From: Chiloscyllium plagiosum
Lineage: Eukaryota
Direction: 5' to 3'
Length of the DNA stretch: 64,000 bases
Assembly (NCBI RefSeq): GCF_004010195.1
Contig: NC_057749.1
Location: 6,965,416-7,029,415 of the forward strand
Shown in pieces: positions 12,341 through 25,102 of this stretch (positions are counted from its first letter, which is position 1; each line of letters starts with the position of its first letter). Below the pieces are notes generated by a model. It searched no databases. It saw only the letters and a program-made list of their open reading frames with translations, and was not told the DNA's origin. A program made the translations under genes and the position numbers.

Positions 12341-14841
12341 AGAACTGGTCCACCCCAAGCTTCACCTGGACCAAACAATCCACAGCTCGTTGCTCCCTGA
12401 TTTTCCACTTTCCTGATACGCAAACTCACCTAAAGCTCGGCTAACCATACCTGAATGTGCACCAAATCCTGTTTATCAATCATGCTCATGCTGTCTTGCC
12501 AAATAAAGTGGTTCCCATTCTGGCCATGCCTCAATTTCAAAATTCTCATCTTTGTTTTCCAATCAATCTGCTGCCTTGCCAATGTCAACCCACCAAGAAG
12601 CTCAATCTTCACCCCCACCCCCACTCCACTCCACCCTGGCCCCACTACACTACCCATCTCTGTAAGCTACTCCAAACCTAATGTCATCGACGCTCCTCCA
12701 AACTGAGACACTTGTGCTTTCAGGGTGACTATGATACTCAGTACCAAGGGCCTAAAATCTGGAATTGCTTTCCTGAACTTCTCTTTCCTCTTTTAAGATG
12801 CTCCTTGAAAGAAGTACATATTTTTCCAGCTGGGATTTTGGTTATTCTGGTTTTAATGCTTCCAAATTCAAGCTCTTCACCGTAACACGTTTGTAACACC
12901 ATCAGGTACTTTGATGTGAATTACATCATTGGATTACTTGCTAGCCAAATAAAAGAAAAGTGGGTCCTACAAACACTGTACCCCTCTAAATATCACATTT
13001 GCAGTTGACTTGCTGGCCTCCTTTCATTGCAACATCTGTGTAGAGATCTGAAGCACGCTCTGTGTTTTCAAATTGCTCTTCTGCATTTGGGATTCGAATC
13101 GGAACGCTATTAGTGGCTCAATTGCACGTAGTACTAAAAATTCACAACAGATGCTAAACATTCTGAGCACCAAACTATAAGAGCAATGTCTTCATGGGGT
13201 GGTCAATGTATGAAGATAACATTCTGGGATCTTGCTGCATTGCACAGCTCGTGGCTTGACCACACTCATTGACCACACAGAAGAGGCAAAACAATTGCTC
13301 CGAGCTCATAGGGACAGTTCAAAGTGATGCAGAAGAGGGAAAGCCTTGACCAACATTTGCACTGAGGTAGTCACTGATAGTGCCCCCATTTTTACATGGG
13401 TGCCTGCTGTATTGACTCAATAAACTTGTTTCATATTGCCTGATGGAACGTTGTGCCATATTGTGCATTTGGTTGCACAATGGCTTTGTGGCAGAGTTGT
13501 AAAATCTTGATTGGTGCAAACACTGTAGAATCTCATGCCCTGACTGTAGTCGAGATGGATTTCAAAACACTTGAATAACGCATTGTTTGTCCTGTCAGCC
13601 GCAAGTTCAACAAATGTTGATTTATGTTTGACAAGGGTGTTTGAACACAATTGGTTGGCTGAATGATTTTTGATGTAATGCAGCTTGGTGGAAGATAAAT
13701 ACCATGTCGGGAGTGACGTGCATTGCATTAGAGGTCAGGAGTACTGTGCTGGAGTGTGGTAAGCTTCAGTTGAATCCAGAGACGCTCTGCACATTATCAG
13801 ACAAGACTCTGTGAGTGGCATTCTCTCCTTCTAAATCAGAAGACGCACTGGCCCACTCTCAAAATTTAGTTACAATGTTGTACTGAGGAAATGCACAACG
13901 GCTGGGTGTGCCAACAGTTACATAAGATGTTAAATACAAGTCCTGTTCACTTCAAGGAACGCTGCTCTGAACCACAGAAGGGAAATTCTTGGCTGCCAGG
14001 CCAGTATCTATCCTTCACCTAACTTCACCAACAGCAATGTGAACCTGGAATAACTGGTCTTTGGATGACAAGAGAACATTTCTCCTCATGGGGGAGTCTG
14101 GAGCTAGGGGGCCAGTTACAGAGACAGGGGAGCCCATATGGAAATGAAGAGAAATTTCTTCTCTTAGACGCTCATCTTTGATTAATACTACTTCCATGGA
14201 TTTGCCGACACCTTGGATACAGCCTTATGTTGTCTGCCATCATGAACCGCATCTACCATAAGAATCATATAACGAGCCTGACCTTTTGTTTCTAACTCTC
14301 TTGTACACTTCTCTCATTCCTGCCTTCTCTGAGGCTTGATAGCATGTAACGGTAGAGGTCAGAGCCACATCGTGACATGAACCATCATCACGTCACCAGC
14401 ATATGTATTCTCATTATCGTGCAGTCGTTATGCTACTTTGACAATAGACAATAGACAATAGGTGCAGGAGTAGGCCATTCTGCCCTTCGAGCCTGCACCA
14501 CCATTCAATATGATCATGGCTGATCATCCTTAATCAGTATCTATCTAGTGGGGAACAGTGGAAGATGGGGCTTTGAATATCTTCAAGACTGAATTTTCTG
14601 ATGGATGGGGGGAGCTGACCGTTCTGGAGAATAGACAGGAAAGTGGAGTTAAGGCTTCTTCAGATTGATCATGATCGTAGTGGCTGGCAGAGCAGGCTAG
14701 AGGGGCTGAATGGTCTTCTCCTGCAACTATTCCTTACTATGTTCTTTGGTTATCAATCTGTGGACTGATTGCAAATTCCATTGTCTAATTGACTATCACG
14801 CAACGGTGGTGACCCTTTCAAAATCACTTCCAAGCTTGTCA

Positions 14842-15168
14842 GCATGGTGGCTCAGTGGTTAGCACTGCTATCTCACAGCGCTAGGGACCAGAGTTTGATT
14901 CCAGCTGTCCATGTGGAGTTTGCACATTTTTCCCGTGTGTTTGTGTGGGTTTCCTCCGGGTGCTCTGGCTTCTCCCCACAGTCCAGGTTAGGTGGATTGG
15001 CCATGCTAAATTATCCCGTAGAGCCCAGGGATGCGCAGGCTAGGTTTGATTGGCCATGGTAAATGCAGGGATAGAGTAGAGGGGTGCATCTGGGTGGGAT
15101 GCTCTTCGGAGGGTGGGTGTGGACTCGATTGGCTGAATGGCCTGCTTCCACACTGTATGGATTCTATG
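14842..15168 (+). mobile_element. HE1 SINE
   Basis: gcatggtggctcagtggttagcactgc head through cacactgtatggattctatg tail. Confidence 0.88.
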
Positions 15169-15399
15169 ATCACCAGATACTTGGGCTGTGCAGAGGATGT
15201 GAATAGAACTACATAAATGCAAGTCTTCATTTATAGTCATTGCGATTGGTTATTAGGTAGTTTTCCAGAATATAATTGACCCATAAACAACAAATGTAAT
15301 GGCATTTCTTCCAATGATGGAATCAATCAGGGTCTGTATACTGGGCAATCACTCTTTCCTTTTGTCCACTTCAGTTATGGAGATACAATGGAGTAGTTG

Positions 15400-15812
15400 G
15401 GATTGCATGACTTGGAGAAATGAGGACCAAGAGAAGATCGGATAGGGGTCTTCACAATCATATGGGACATGGACAGAGTAGGTGGAGAGAAACTGTTCCT
15501 GTTCAATAATCAAGACCGAGTGGGCACAGGTTGAAACTAACCAGTGAAACAAGCAATGGAGGTATGAAGACAAACTTCATCACCATGCGAATGGTTAGGA
15601 TCTGGAATGTGCTGCCTGAAAATGCAGAGAACAGAGGTTCAGTCGGGGCATTTGAAAGGGAAGCTGGTTAGGATCTGCCAGGTAAGAATGCACAAAGTTA
15701 CAGGGAGGTGTTGAAGAAGTGGCATGAGGTGTATTGCTCATTTGGAGAGCTGGCAGGGATACAATGGGCCAAATGGCTTCCTTCTGCTCTATAACAAATT
15801 TGTCATTCTATT
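15400..15812 (+). mobile_element. Old CR1 3' fragment
   Basis: Degenerate ORF2 end (tggttaggatctggaatgtgctgcctga) and a 3' UTR of the gggccaaatggcttccttctg type. Confidence 0.6.
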
Positions 15813-17057
15813 TGAGATTCAGGCAGAATGAGAGATAGAAAAGAAGCAAGACAAAATGGTTCAGCAAGAAATTAATAAATGAATGGTCCTTAACATGCAA
15901 AAAACAATTCCAAGGCAGGGTAGCGCGATGTCGACTTAACTTTACAGACCCCAAACATGTGAAAGTTGAATCTCATCTCTGCTGAGTTGATCGTAAGTTG
16001 GCTTTAATCAGTGCAGAAGAAAAACTACAAGTGCCTCAGGGTCTGGATGGAGAACTTGCAAAGGCCTCTTGTGATGCAGTGGGTGTTTCACTGCCTCTGA
16101 CTCAAGCAGCCCAGGTTCAACTCCCACCTGCTCCAGAGGCATGTCTTAGCATGGATGAGCAGGTTAGTGAACAATATCTACAGGGATTTCCAAACCTGAC
16201 TGATTCCTAGTAATTGCTGCTCAAAAATCAAACACCTGAGAATGGGCGAGTTTCCAATGACAGTCAGAGATGATTATATGGGCATCAAAACACAATCCCA
16301 ATTGGCCAGTTTTCAGGCTTGCCGGAGGTGTGGTCCCAATTCCCTAGAGATAGGATGAAGTGGGGCTGTCACTGCGGACTCCTCATCCCCAGCCTAGCTG
16401 TCGAAGCCAATCTTTCACTTTGACGTTTATTAAGTTAGAGAGAGTGTGCCTTAAAATGGAGGCACCCCCCCCACTCTCTCTCTCTCTCTCTTTGTCCCTT
16501 ACCTGAACTGCTTCAACTCCGTCCCTTCAGCTTTGAGACCCTACCCTCCATTATTAACTAGAAGGCAAGTCAGTTATCTGACCACTGATTGATTATATGG
16601 GGGAACATCATTGCCAGGTGACAGTCCCCCCACACTGAACAGTGTTTGGATCCCATTGGACCCTAACATTGAGATTCTTCCTCGGAAACCAATCCTAGGA
16701 TTGAGACTGGGATAGAGCTTAAGATCAGACTCGGATTTACGGCCTCACAATTGGTAATTACGAAGCCCAATATCATGATGCTGAGAGATATTTCGAGGAA
16801 GTTCCAAGCGCAATGCCCCTGGAAAGTATTTATGCTTCTTGGAATTCTACCTTTGAGGTGGTGAGAAAGTGAGGAATTGAATCTTAATATTATTTCCTCA
16901 AGTTCAAGTGCAGAGGATGCAAGGTGCGGGCTGGCAAACGTTTTCTGTGATTGCTTCATGTTCTGAAAACAGCAGGAACACTCTTCAAATGTCAATTTAA
17001 ATTTACCCGTTTTGAATAGGTTTCCAATTTCAGCAGATAAAGGTAGCTTAAGGAAAA

Positions 17058-17385
17058 TGGTGGCCAAGTGGTAATGTCAATGAAGTAGTAATCCAGAGCT
17101 TCAAGCTAATGTCCTGGGGATGTAGGCTCACATCTCATGATTGTAGCTCGTAGAATTTAAATTCAGTAAAAACTTTGAGTTTCTAAAATAAAACTTGCCT
17201 TATGGCAATCATGTGACTGCTGTCAACTGCTGATACCCTTTATGGAAGGAAACCTGTTACCCTTACCTGGTCTGTCTTACATGTGACTCCAGGCCCACAG
17301 TAATGAAATTCACTCTTAACTGCCTTTTGGTCAATTAGGAACAGTAGTAAGTGTTGGCCCAGCTGGCAAAGTCCACATTCCAAAG
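17058..17385 (+). mobile_element. Family-2 tRNA-derived SINE
   Basis: Head ggtggccaagtggtaatgtca..tagtaatccaga; body ggaaggaaacctg..ccttacctggtctg..gtgactccag; tail caattagg. Confidence 0.65.
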
Positions 17386-17429
17386 AACAAAGATCCCATG
17401 AAAAGAATAAAGAGAAAAAAATATCTTTA

Positions 17430-17942
17430 TTGCTGTAGGAAAGATGTCGTGAAACATGAAAGAGTTCAGAAAGGATTTACAAGGATGTTGCCAGAGCTTC
17501 AGCTACATGGAGAGGCTGACTTGATTAGGCTATTTTCCCTGGAGTATCAAAGGCTGAGGGATGACCTTATCGAAGTTTATAAGATCATGAAGGGCATGGA
17601 TAGGATGAATAGTCAAGGTCTTTTCCCCAGCGTAAGGTAGCTCAAGACTAGAGGATATAGGTTTAACGTGAGAGGGGAAAGGTTTAAAAGGGGCCTAAGG
17701 GACAACCTTTTCATGCAGAGGTTTATGTATGTGTGGAGCGAGCTGCCAAAGGAAGTGGTGGAGGCTGGTATAATTACAACATTTAAACGGCATCTGGACG
17801 GGTATATGAATAGGAAGGGTTTGACGGGATATGCGCCAAGTGTTGGCAATTAGGACTAGAATAATGTAGGATATCTGATTGGCATGGACGAGTTGGACCA
17901 AAGGGTCTGTTTCCATGCTGTACATCTCTATGACTCTAAGAC
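17430..17942 (+). mobile_element. CR1 LINE 3' fragment
   Basis: ERVQKGFTRMLPEL..LFSLEYQRLRDDLIEVYKIMKG and WSELPKEVVEAG..FKRHLDGYM; tail tctatgactcta. Confidence 0.88.
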
Positions 17943-18701
17943 TCTATAGCGGCAAGTGAACATCTAGTTAAATCTACAACTATTCATTGGACAATTAGCA
18001 TTCCAATTGGATGTAACAGAAGGAATCTAAGGTGCTTAAATTAGACAACTTGTCAATATAATAAAAACAAAGGTTGGGACAGTATTGATGTTCTGCCACT
18101 TGTTGTGATGTGGTATTAGTGACAGATTCAGTAAATAAAAAAGTCACGTTATATTTACAATGCATGCTGAAGTGATACAAGAGCAATATAGATTCTTTGA
18201 TCCCTTGAACACAATATCCTACAGGAGAGATGTGAATCAAATTAGACACAGGAATCCATCTGAGTTCTCTTGGTTTAGAAACGCAGTTCCAATGGGAACG
18301 TTTAATGTTTAGCAACGTTAAAAACAATGGGAAAATCTGGTGAATATGTATATTGATCTTTCTGTTACACTCAGCATGTATGACATTCAATGATTCACCT
18401 TATGATGGGCTGTCGCTGTTACATAAGCAGCTAATTCGTGCATTGCAAGACCCCACGCCAGACTGGGACAAATTACGAACTAAATTGTTTTGCCATTGTT
18501 GACATAGGAGTGCATATCCAAAGTGCTGGGATAACTGTTGATGAAACTGCAGGGAAGGTGCTAGCATAGTGATGTTATCTCTGAGCTGTTAATTCTGAGA
18601 CCCAGGTGATGTTTTGGGGACCCAGGTTCAAATGCTGCTGGCTGCTGGTGGAACTTAATTTCAATAGAAGATCTGATATTAAGCGTCTAATTGTTGATTT
18701 T

Positions 18702-19044
18702 GGGGTGGCTCAGTGGTTAGCACTATTGCCTCACAAAGCCACGGACCTCGGTTTGATTCCAGCTTCGGGTGACTGTTTTGTGTGGAGTTTGCACATTGTC
18801 CCTGTGCCTGTGTGGGTCCCCTTTGGGTACTCCACTTTCTTCCCACAGACTAAAGATGTGTAGGTCAGCCAGACTACCCATGCTAAATTGTTCCATAGTG
18901 TCCAGGGATGTGCAGGCTAGATGGGTTAGTCATAACAAACATGGGTATAGGGTAGGGGACTGAGTTTGCATTGGATAATGTTTGGAGGGTTGGTACAGTC
19001 TCGAAGGGATGAATGGCCGCTTTCTGCACAGCAGGGGTTCTATG
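18702..19044 (+). mobile_element. HE1 SINE
   Basis: ggtggctcagtggttagcactattgcctcac head and tgtggagtttgcacat core. Confidence 0.85.
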
Positions 19045-19754
19045 AAATGCCAGGAGCACCTTCTAAATGTCTTAAGCATCAAACAAGCAGTGGTTCCCAT
19101 TTGAACTGTGTCTGTAAGACGTCAACATTGACAACAAACCCTTCCAATAATGGCGAATCAGGTGACATTATGTGCTCAGGTCTGAAAGTTGGATTGAACC
19201 CATTACATTTCTGAGAGAGAGGCAGCATCTGAGTCCCTATTTAGCCCACCCTAGCTTATCCCTCTGACAATCTAACCATTCAGGCTCGGCATCCAACTGC
19301 ATTACAAACGCCTCTGATGATCTGTGCTTCCATTATGTTGCTTGGCAAGTTAGCTCAAAAGCTTTTAGCATCCACTTCATTAAAAATTCTTCTTAATGTT
19401 GGTTTTAAATTTTACTATTCACTAATTCAACAGCATTTGGTTTGATCCAGCTGGTCAGACTACTTCAGAGTCAAGAAATCATAGTTGCGGCAAATTAGAC
19501 ATAGCTCCGTTTTAATGCCCGTTTTTCTCAGATCATACAATGATCAGAAGGAGTCCATTTGGCCCAATATGCCGATGTTGATCTCACTCTCTTTATCTAC
19601 TATAGTCCAGCATTTTCATTTCCCTTCAAGTTTTTAACTAATTCCTTTTTGAAAATGATTGCAGGACCTGCTTCCAAAAGGCAGGATACCCCAAATCGTA
19701 ATACCAAGAAAAAAACACACATTAAAACAATTGTAGGAATAACATCATGCAGAA

Positions 19755-19885
19755 TTAGAAGGAGGTTTTATTGTCACGGGTACTCAAGGACAGGGTTACA
19801 TGAGTACAGTGAAAAATATACAAAGTTGCCTCTTCCAGTGCTAGCTTGGGCACTTTAATACTAAGATACCAAGGTACAAACCCTC
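19755..19885 (-). mobile_element. Non-LTR element 3' tail (Rex1/Babar-like, tentative); related to 40800-41012
   Basis: The reverse complement shares tttcactgtactc..gagtacccgtgacaataaaa with the plus-strand copy (gagtacacgcgacaatgaaa). Confidence 0.4.
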
Positions 19886-20115
19886 AACAAAGAATAGATG
19901 ATAATGACATCATATAACTTGATGAATATTATTAAAATCTATTTCTACCCTTTCATTCTTGGATTTGGATAATTCACTTGTCCAGATTGTTTTTGAAGTC
20001 TATCAATGAATCCCAGTGAAAATGTTGAAAAAGTCCACCGGCACAATGCTATCCTTTAGTCCACCACTAACTCAATCTGGACCATTGCTCTGTCCCTTTT
20101 CCAAAATGATTACCA

Positions 20116-20319
20116 GGTAAAAACAATGACTGCAGATGCTGGAAACCAGATTCTGGAGTAGAGTGGTGCTGGAAGAGCACAGCGTTCAGGCAGCATCCGA
20201 GGAGCAGGAAAATCGACGTTTCGGGCAAAAGCCCATAGGGCTTTTACCTGAAACGTCGATTTTCCTGCTCCTCAGATGCTGCCTGAACTGCTGTGCTTTG
20301 CCAGCACCACTCTATTCCA
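20116..20319. mobile_element. Short fold-back Penelope-derived element, family A
   Basis: Inverted arms around gaaaatcgacgtttcgggcaaaagccc / gggcttttacctgaaacgtcgattttc; perfect 14-bp TSD caaaatgattacca at 20102-20115 and 20320-20333. Confidence 0.8.
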
Positions 20320-20748
20320 CAAAATGATTACCACTCTCTGTGCCTTTTCTTCCATAGTATCATTGGGCAGTTAATCTTTCCTGCCCATTAATCTTCCCTG
20401 TGGCTCCACTCCCCAACTGTCTCTTTAGTTCTGAAGAAGTGTCATACCACGCTCAAAATATTCACTCTATTTCTCTCTCAACAGATACTGCCAAGCTTGC
20501 TGAGTTTCAACACCATTTTCTGTGCTCGCCCCATTACTTCCCCTCATCACTACTTCCAGCCTTGAATAAAATTAACGACCCAACTCCGATAGTTCTTCAC
20601 AGTAAAGAATTCCACAGATTCACTACCCCCTGAGAGAAACACAAATGCTCACCTCAATCATAATTGGTCGACACCTTAGAGATTTGCTCGTCAACCTATT
20701 TAGAGATGTTCTTACACACCTCTGCAGCAGATGGGATTTGAACCTGGG

Positions 20749-21412
20749 TCATAGAACGCCTACAGTGTGGAAGGAGGCCATTCAACCCATTGAGTTCACA
20801 TCAATCCTCCAAAGGGCATCCCACCCAGACCGGCACCTCCCTACCCTACCCCTGTAAAGCTGCATTTACCTGGTTAATCCACTTAGCCTACACATTACAG
20901 ACAGCTTACCATGGGTGGCACGGTGGCTCAGTGGTTAGCACTGCTGCCTCACGGTGCCAGGGACCCAAATTCGATTTCAGCCTTGGGTGATTGTCTGCGT
21001 GGAGTTTGCATGTTCTCCCCATGTCTGCCTGGGTTTCCTTCGGGTGCTCCAGTTTCCTCCCACAGTCCAAAGATGTGCTGGTTAGGTGAATTGGCCGTGC
21101 TAGATTGCCCATAATGTTCACTGAGGTGTTGGTTAGGTGCATGAGTCAGGGGTAAATACAAGATAATGGAGTAGGGGAATGGGACTGGGTGGGTTACTCT
21201 TCGGAGGGTTGGTGTGGACTCGTTGGACCGAAGGACCTGTTTCCACACTGTGGTGATTCTACAGTCAATCCACTTAAACTGCATGTCTTTGGACTGTGAG
21301 AGGATATGTAGAGCACCAGCAGAAACCCATGCAGACATGAGGGAAATGCACAAATGCCACACAGCTAGCCACTTGAGGTTGAATTTGAACCTGAGTCCTT
21401 ATTACTGTGAGG
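20749..21412. mobile_element. Nested HE1 SINEs: a plus-strand copy (20914-21262) inserted in an older minus-strand copy
   Basis: Minus-strand 3' half at 20749-20895 and 5' half at 21265-21412 flank a full plus-strand HE1. Confidence 0.8.
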
Positions 21413-21413
21413 T

Positions 21414-21503
21414 GCCACCTGATGAAGGAGCGACGCTCTGAAAGCTAGTGTGCTTCCAATTAAACCTGTTGGACTATAACCTGGAATTGTGTGATTTTTA
21501 ACA
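21414..21503 (+). mobile_element. Family B Penelope-derived fragment with a hammerhead motif
   Basis: cac-CTGATGA-a-ggagc-gac-gctct-GAAA-gcta-gtg, followed by aattaaacctgttggactataacctgg. Confidence 0.7.
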
Positions 21504-22714
21504 CTGTCCATCTCTAAGCATTGATTTAGGTGTTAACCATGTTCCAAACAGAGGTTTCTAAGAAAGATATACTGGTATCAGAGGCAGCCTGGAGAAAGTT
21601 CACAAAGTTGATCCCAGGTATGGGGTGATTTGAACCCATGTCCCCACATCATTAATCCAGGAATTGGGATTACTAATCCAGTTCATGAAAGAATAAAGAA
21701 AAAAGGTATTCAGTATGGCCTGAATACATTAATCATCTAACCTGATCATCTGATGCTCTCTGCCAGTATTGCCCTGTGCATGTTCTTGTGTGAGAATAGC
21801 CATGCACAATGCAGGTTACAGCGAGAGAATCAGCTGAAATGTCCATTGAGACCTTTTCTAATGAGGAGAACTACAATTTGCATTTTCTGATTAAGTTCCG
21901 CTCGTCGACCTGAGATTGCCACTGGTGAGCAACAAGAGGTCTCTTCATGGGAATTATCGCTGATAATCACCTTCGTCTGACTCAATCTCGCCTCATTAAT
22001 TTATACTCTCCTCCTCTACAATCCGCTAGATAGAAACGAGGTGTTGAGAATTCTGGACTGGAGAGTCCAAGTGGTTTCCTGGTGACTCCAGACCTTCAAC
22101 ACAGACACAGCAAGCAATATTTCAGGGCAATGCTGCATGGGCAGAGGCCATGCACACCCTTCCTGCACAGACCTTGGCATCGGACACATACCAGCCTCAC
22201 CTTTAATACCCTTCGAATATGCTTCTGCACTTGCTGGGTGCACTAGTAGCCATCACTGTAACACTGTCATAAAACATGTGAGGACTTACAGGAATCCAGC
22301 TTATGGACTGGACCAGGATGTATCTTAGAGCTGCTGGCCTGCTCTCTTAGTGGTCACTCGCTTTGAGCCTACCTGAATGCCAATAGCATCCCTGCCTTGG
22401 CCTGTCTTGTCGTGTCTATTTGTGCTTTGCCACCTTAGCCAGAGCTAACGGGCTCATTGTACTTCCACTTTACCTTGCCTTCTGGCTCAGGCACAAAACA
22501 AGGGAGCTTGTCATGGTTGTCAGCAGTCATCAGTCGAGGAGTTGGACATGTTGCTCAACAGCTCCATGCTACTTCAATCTCATGCCTACACTGTGTACCA
22601 GCACACTGCGCGTTCTTTAAGCAAAAGGCTATGTCTCAACATTAGAAGGGACTAAGGGATGAAGAGCCGATGTCAGGCTTCCCATCACCTGCCTTGGCTT
22701 TCTGTGCCCTATTG

Positions 22715-23100
22715 TCATAGAGTCATTGAGATGCACAGCACAGAAACAGATCCTTTGGTCCAACTCGTCCATGCCGACCAGATATCCTAAATTCATCTAG
22801 TCACATTTGCCAGCGTTTGGCCCATATCTCTCCAAACCCTACCTATTCATATACCCATCCAGATGCCTGTTTAAATATTGTAATTGTATCAGCCTCCACC
22901 ACTTCCTTTGGCAGCTCAGTCCATACATGCATTACCCTCTGCATGAAAATGTTGCCCCTTAGGTCACATATATATATATTTCCCCTTTCACCTTAAACCT
23001 ATGCCCTCTAGTTTTGGACTCTCCTAGCCTGGTGAAAAGACCTTGGCTACTCATCCTATCCATGCCCCGCTATAAGATCACCCCTCAGCCTCTCCCTATT
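22715..23100 (-). mobile_element. CR1 3' fragment
   Basis: Reverse complement of the same CR1 tail as 17430-17942 (ggtccaactcgtccatgccgaccagatatcc). Confidence 0.85.
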
Positions 23101-23384
23101 GCTCAAAGCCTCCAAACCCAGAATTGAGGGAAAGGGATAGATCCAATGAGATGGAAGTGGGTGGTCCAGTGGTTAGTGCTAGTGTAGTTAAGGGAAAAGG
23201 TGGTGAGTGACTGAGTAGGGAGCAGAGGGCATGCAGGGTTATTTAGGGTTGGGGGCGGAGGGGTGTGTGGAAGGGAGTGAGTGAGGGAAGATGGTGGCTG
23301 CAATGGTGAGAGTGGTAGAGCATGACATGGGGGTGCATGCAGAGACAGAGTGAGTGTGTGGTAGCGAAGAGAGGATGGTGACAC

Positions 23385-23600
23385 TTATCCTGATAAAGCA
23401 GAGAAGTTCATTGACTTTCTTTGTATGTTGTTGAGCATTCCTCTAGATAGCTGAGACCACACTGACCCGGGTGGCAACTTTGATCCAGTCATGGCTCTGG
23501 TGTCATGGCCAGTTCTACTGGTCCTGAGGTAAAAGGGAGTGCACCATCCCATCCATGAGGACCTCTAGGTTCGTATCAGCAATTCTCCTTGCTAGCATTG
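23385..23600 (-). mobile_element. Harbinger/PIF transposon relic: decayed Myb/SANT-like DNA-binding ORF
   Basis: Minus-strand translation ..ADTNLEVLMDGMV...DWIKVATRVSVVSAI*RNAQQHTKKVNELL resembles the trihelix motif (W..VA..V......R...QC.KK.NDL) of Harbinger ORF2; contains stop codons. Confidence 0.6.
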
Positions 23601-24103
23601 TTCGGAGCTATTGTCAAAAGCCACACAGGGCAGCTCTGGACTGACAGTCCTTGTCCTGGTACACAAAGGCCTTTTAAAGATGGCACAGTGTCGGGGATCA
23701 CTAAACCAGCATTGGTGAGTACCCCAGGTTACAGCAAGTGGGAGAATCAGGCTAGCGTCAGACAAGAAGGGTGCCATAGTAAAGAGATAGGTTTGGGATG
23801 ATCATATTGAGAGAATCCCTCCATATAAATGCCACAGAAAAGACTCTTAGCTAAAATATGGGCAAATCCAGCCTCAATAAGTCCTTCATTCACAATTAGG
23901 AACCTACAACCCCATCACTGGTAGCACCCAGAGTTGTCCTGACCTTCCTGAAAAATGCAGTACAAGGGTCTGAAAGGTTAATGTCTAAGGGCGTACAAGT
24001 AACTGCTGTGATTAGAACCAGCTGGATCTCACTGACTATGAGATCCCTGATTGGGGTTGTTAACCTGGGCCAGAGAGCCCTGGCTAACAGATTTAAAGAT
24101 TCA

Positions 24104-24430
24104 GATATGGGGCCAGTAGCACAATGGATAATGTGCCTGACTGTGTGTCAGGGGATTGTATGTCTGGCTCCTACCTGGCTCGAGGGCAATACCCGCTGAT
24201 GTAATTGGACTGTCTTATGTACAAATGCCATTGTTACTGTTTTATAATGATTGAAATTGGGATTTGAGGTTTGTCCTCCTTTCCCTGAAAACTGGTTGAA
24301 CGTTAGGGTTTGGGGCCTAACTTTGCCATTCGTCTCCCTTGTAAAATTGCTGTTTCTCTGTATACAGCTGCTAATGTTTCATAAACTATGTATTGTTTAA
24401 TATAAAAATGTGTAACCAGGAAAAAAAAAC
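24104..24430 (+). mobile_element. tRNA-Arg(ACG)-derived SINE-like retroposon with poly(A) tail and TSD
   Basis: 24110-24182 is 73 nt and collinear with vertebrate tRNA-Arg-ACG (GGGCCAGTaGCaCAATGGATAAtGtGcCTGACT...CTCCTacCTGGCTCG), with CpG-type decay. It has a ~240-nt body, an A9 tail, and TSD aaagattca at 24095-24103 and 24431-24439. Confidence 0.8.
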
Positions 24431-24513
24431 AAAGATTCATAAGTCTACTCACTCGATGGACTGGTTCTGAGTTGGCTGGTCAGAGTCAATGTACTGTGTC
24501 CATGTAAATAAAG

Positions 24514-24738
24514 GTGAAAATGTGTTGCTGGAAAAGCGCAGCATCCAAGGAACAGGAGAATCGACGTTTCGGGCATAAGCCCTTCTTCACATGTAAATAA
24601 AGCCCTTCCTGATGAAGGGCTTTAGCCCAAAACATTGATTTTCCTGCTCCTCAGATGCTGCCTGACCTGCTGTGCTTTTCCAGCACCACTCTAATCTTGA
24701 CTCTGATCTCCAGCATCTACAGTACCCACTTTCGCCTA
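24514..24738. mobile_element. Two family A Penelope-derived short elements in opposite orientation at one site
   Basis: The 13-mer catgtaaataaag occurs at 24501, 24590 and 24739, bracketing a minus-type arm (24514-24589) and a plus-type arm containing CTGATGA (24603-24738). Confidence 0.75.
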
Positions 24739-25102
24739 CATGTAAATAAAGAGTTACTCGGTGATGGGATACCAGCCTCTGTACAGTTATTTCTGTGACA
24801 CCACCCATGGTGATGTCGTCAGAGATTATCCTGCCATGTTATACACCTATACACCAGTTTCTGTTAACACACACATGACTCTGTAACCTTTACCAGCTAG
24901 TCCTTCATGGAGAATACTCTCAAAACCTTGCAAATATAAGACTAAAGTTCAAGGAGTTACTCCTTCCTTTCATTTTATTCCATGAACCATCATCAATAAC
25001 CCAACTAAAAATTATTTTTGCCAACTTTATTTCAAGTAAGAGGAGAAAAGCAAAACAGTGCAAAGGTTTCAACCTTAATGTGGGATCCTGAGGGTCAGAG
25101 AT

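Larger units (their letters stand above)
23999..24793 (+). mobile_element. Solo LTR (family L) interrupted by three insertions
   Basis: Shares ccctgattggggYtgttaacctgg..gagccctggct and catgtaaataaag..ggtgatgggataccagcctctgt..gttatttc with the copies at 49629 and 50409. Confidence 0.7.

Noticed and set aside
12037..12342. Periodic proteins (HPNSIS)n, (WNWGEI)n and (YGIGVR)n; CRISPR-like regularity
   Set aside because: Simple 18-bp tandem repeat with no unique spacers, splice context or cas genes.
24110..24182. Functional tRNA-Arg gene
   Set aside because: Anticodon loop and T-loop/B box are mutated (no ACG, no GTTCGA), and it is embedded in a TSD-flanked poly(A) insertion.
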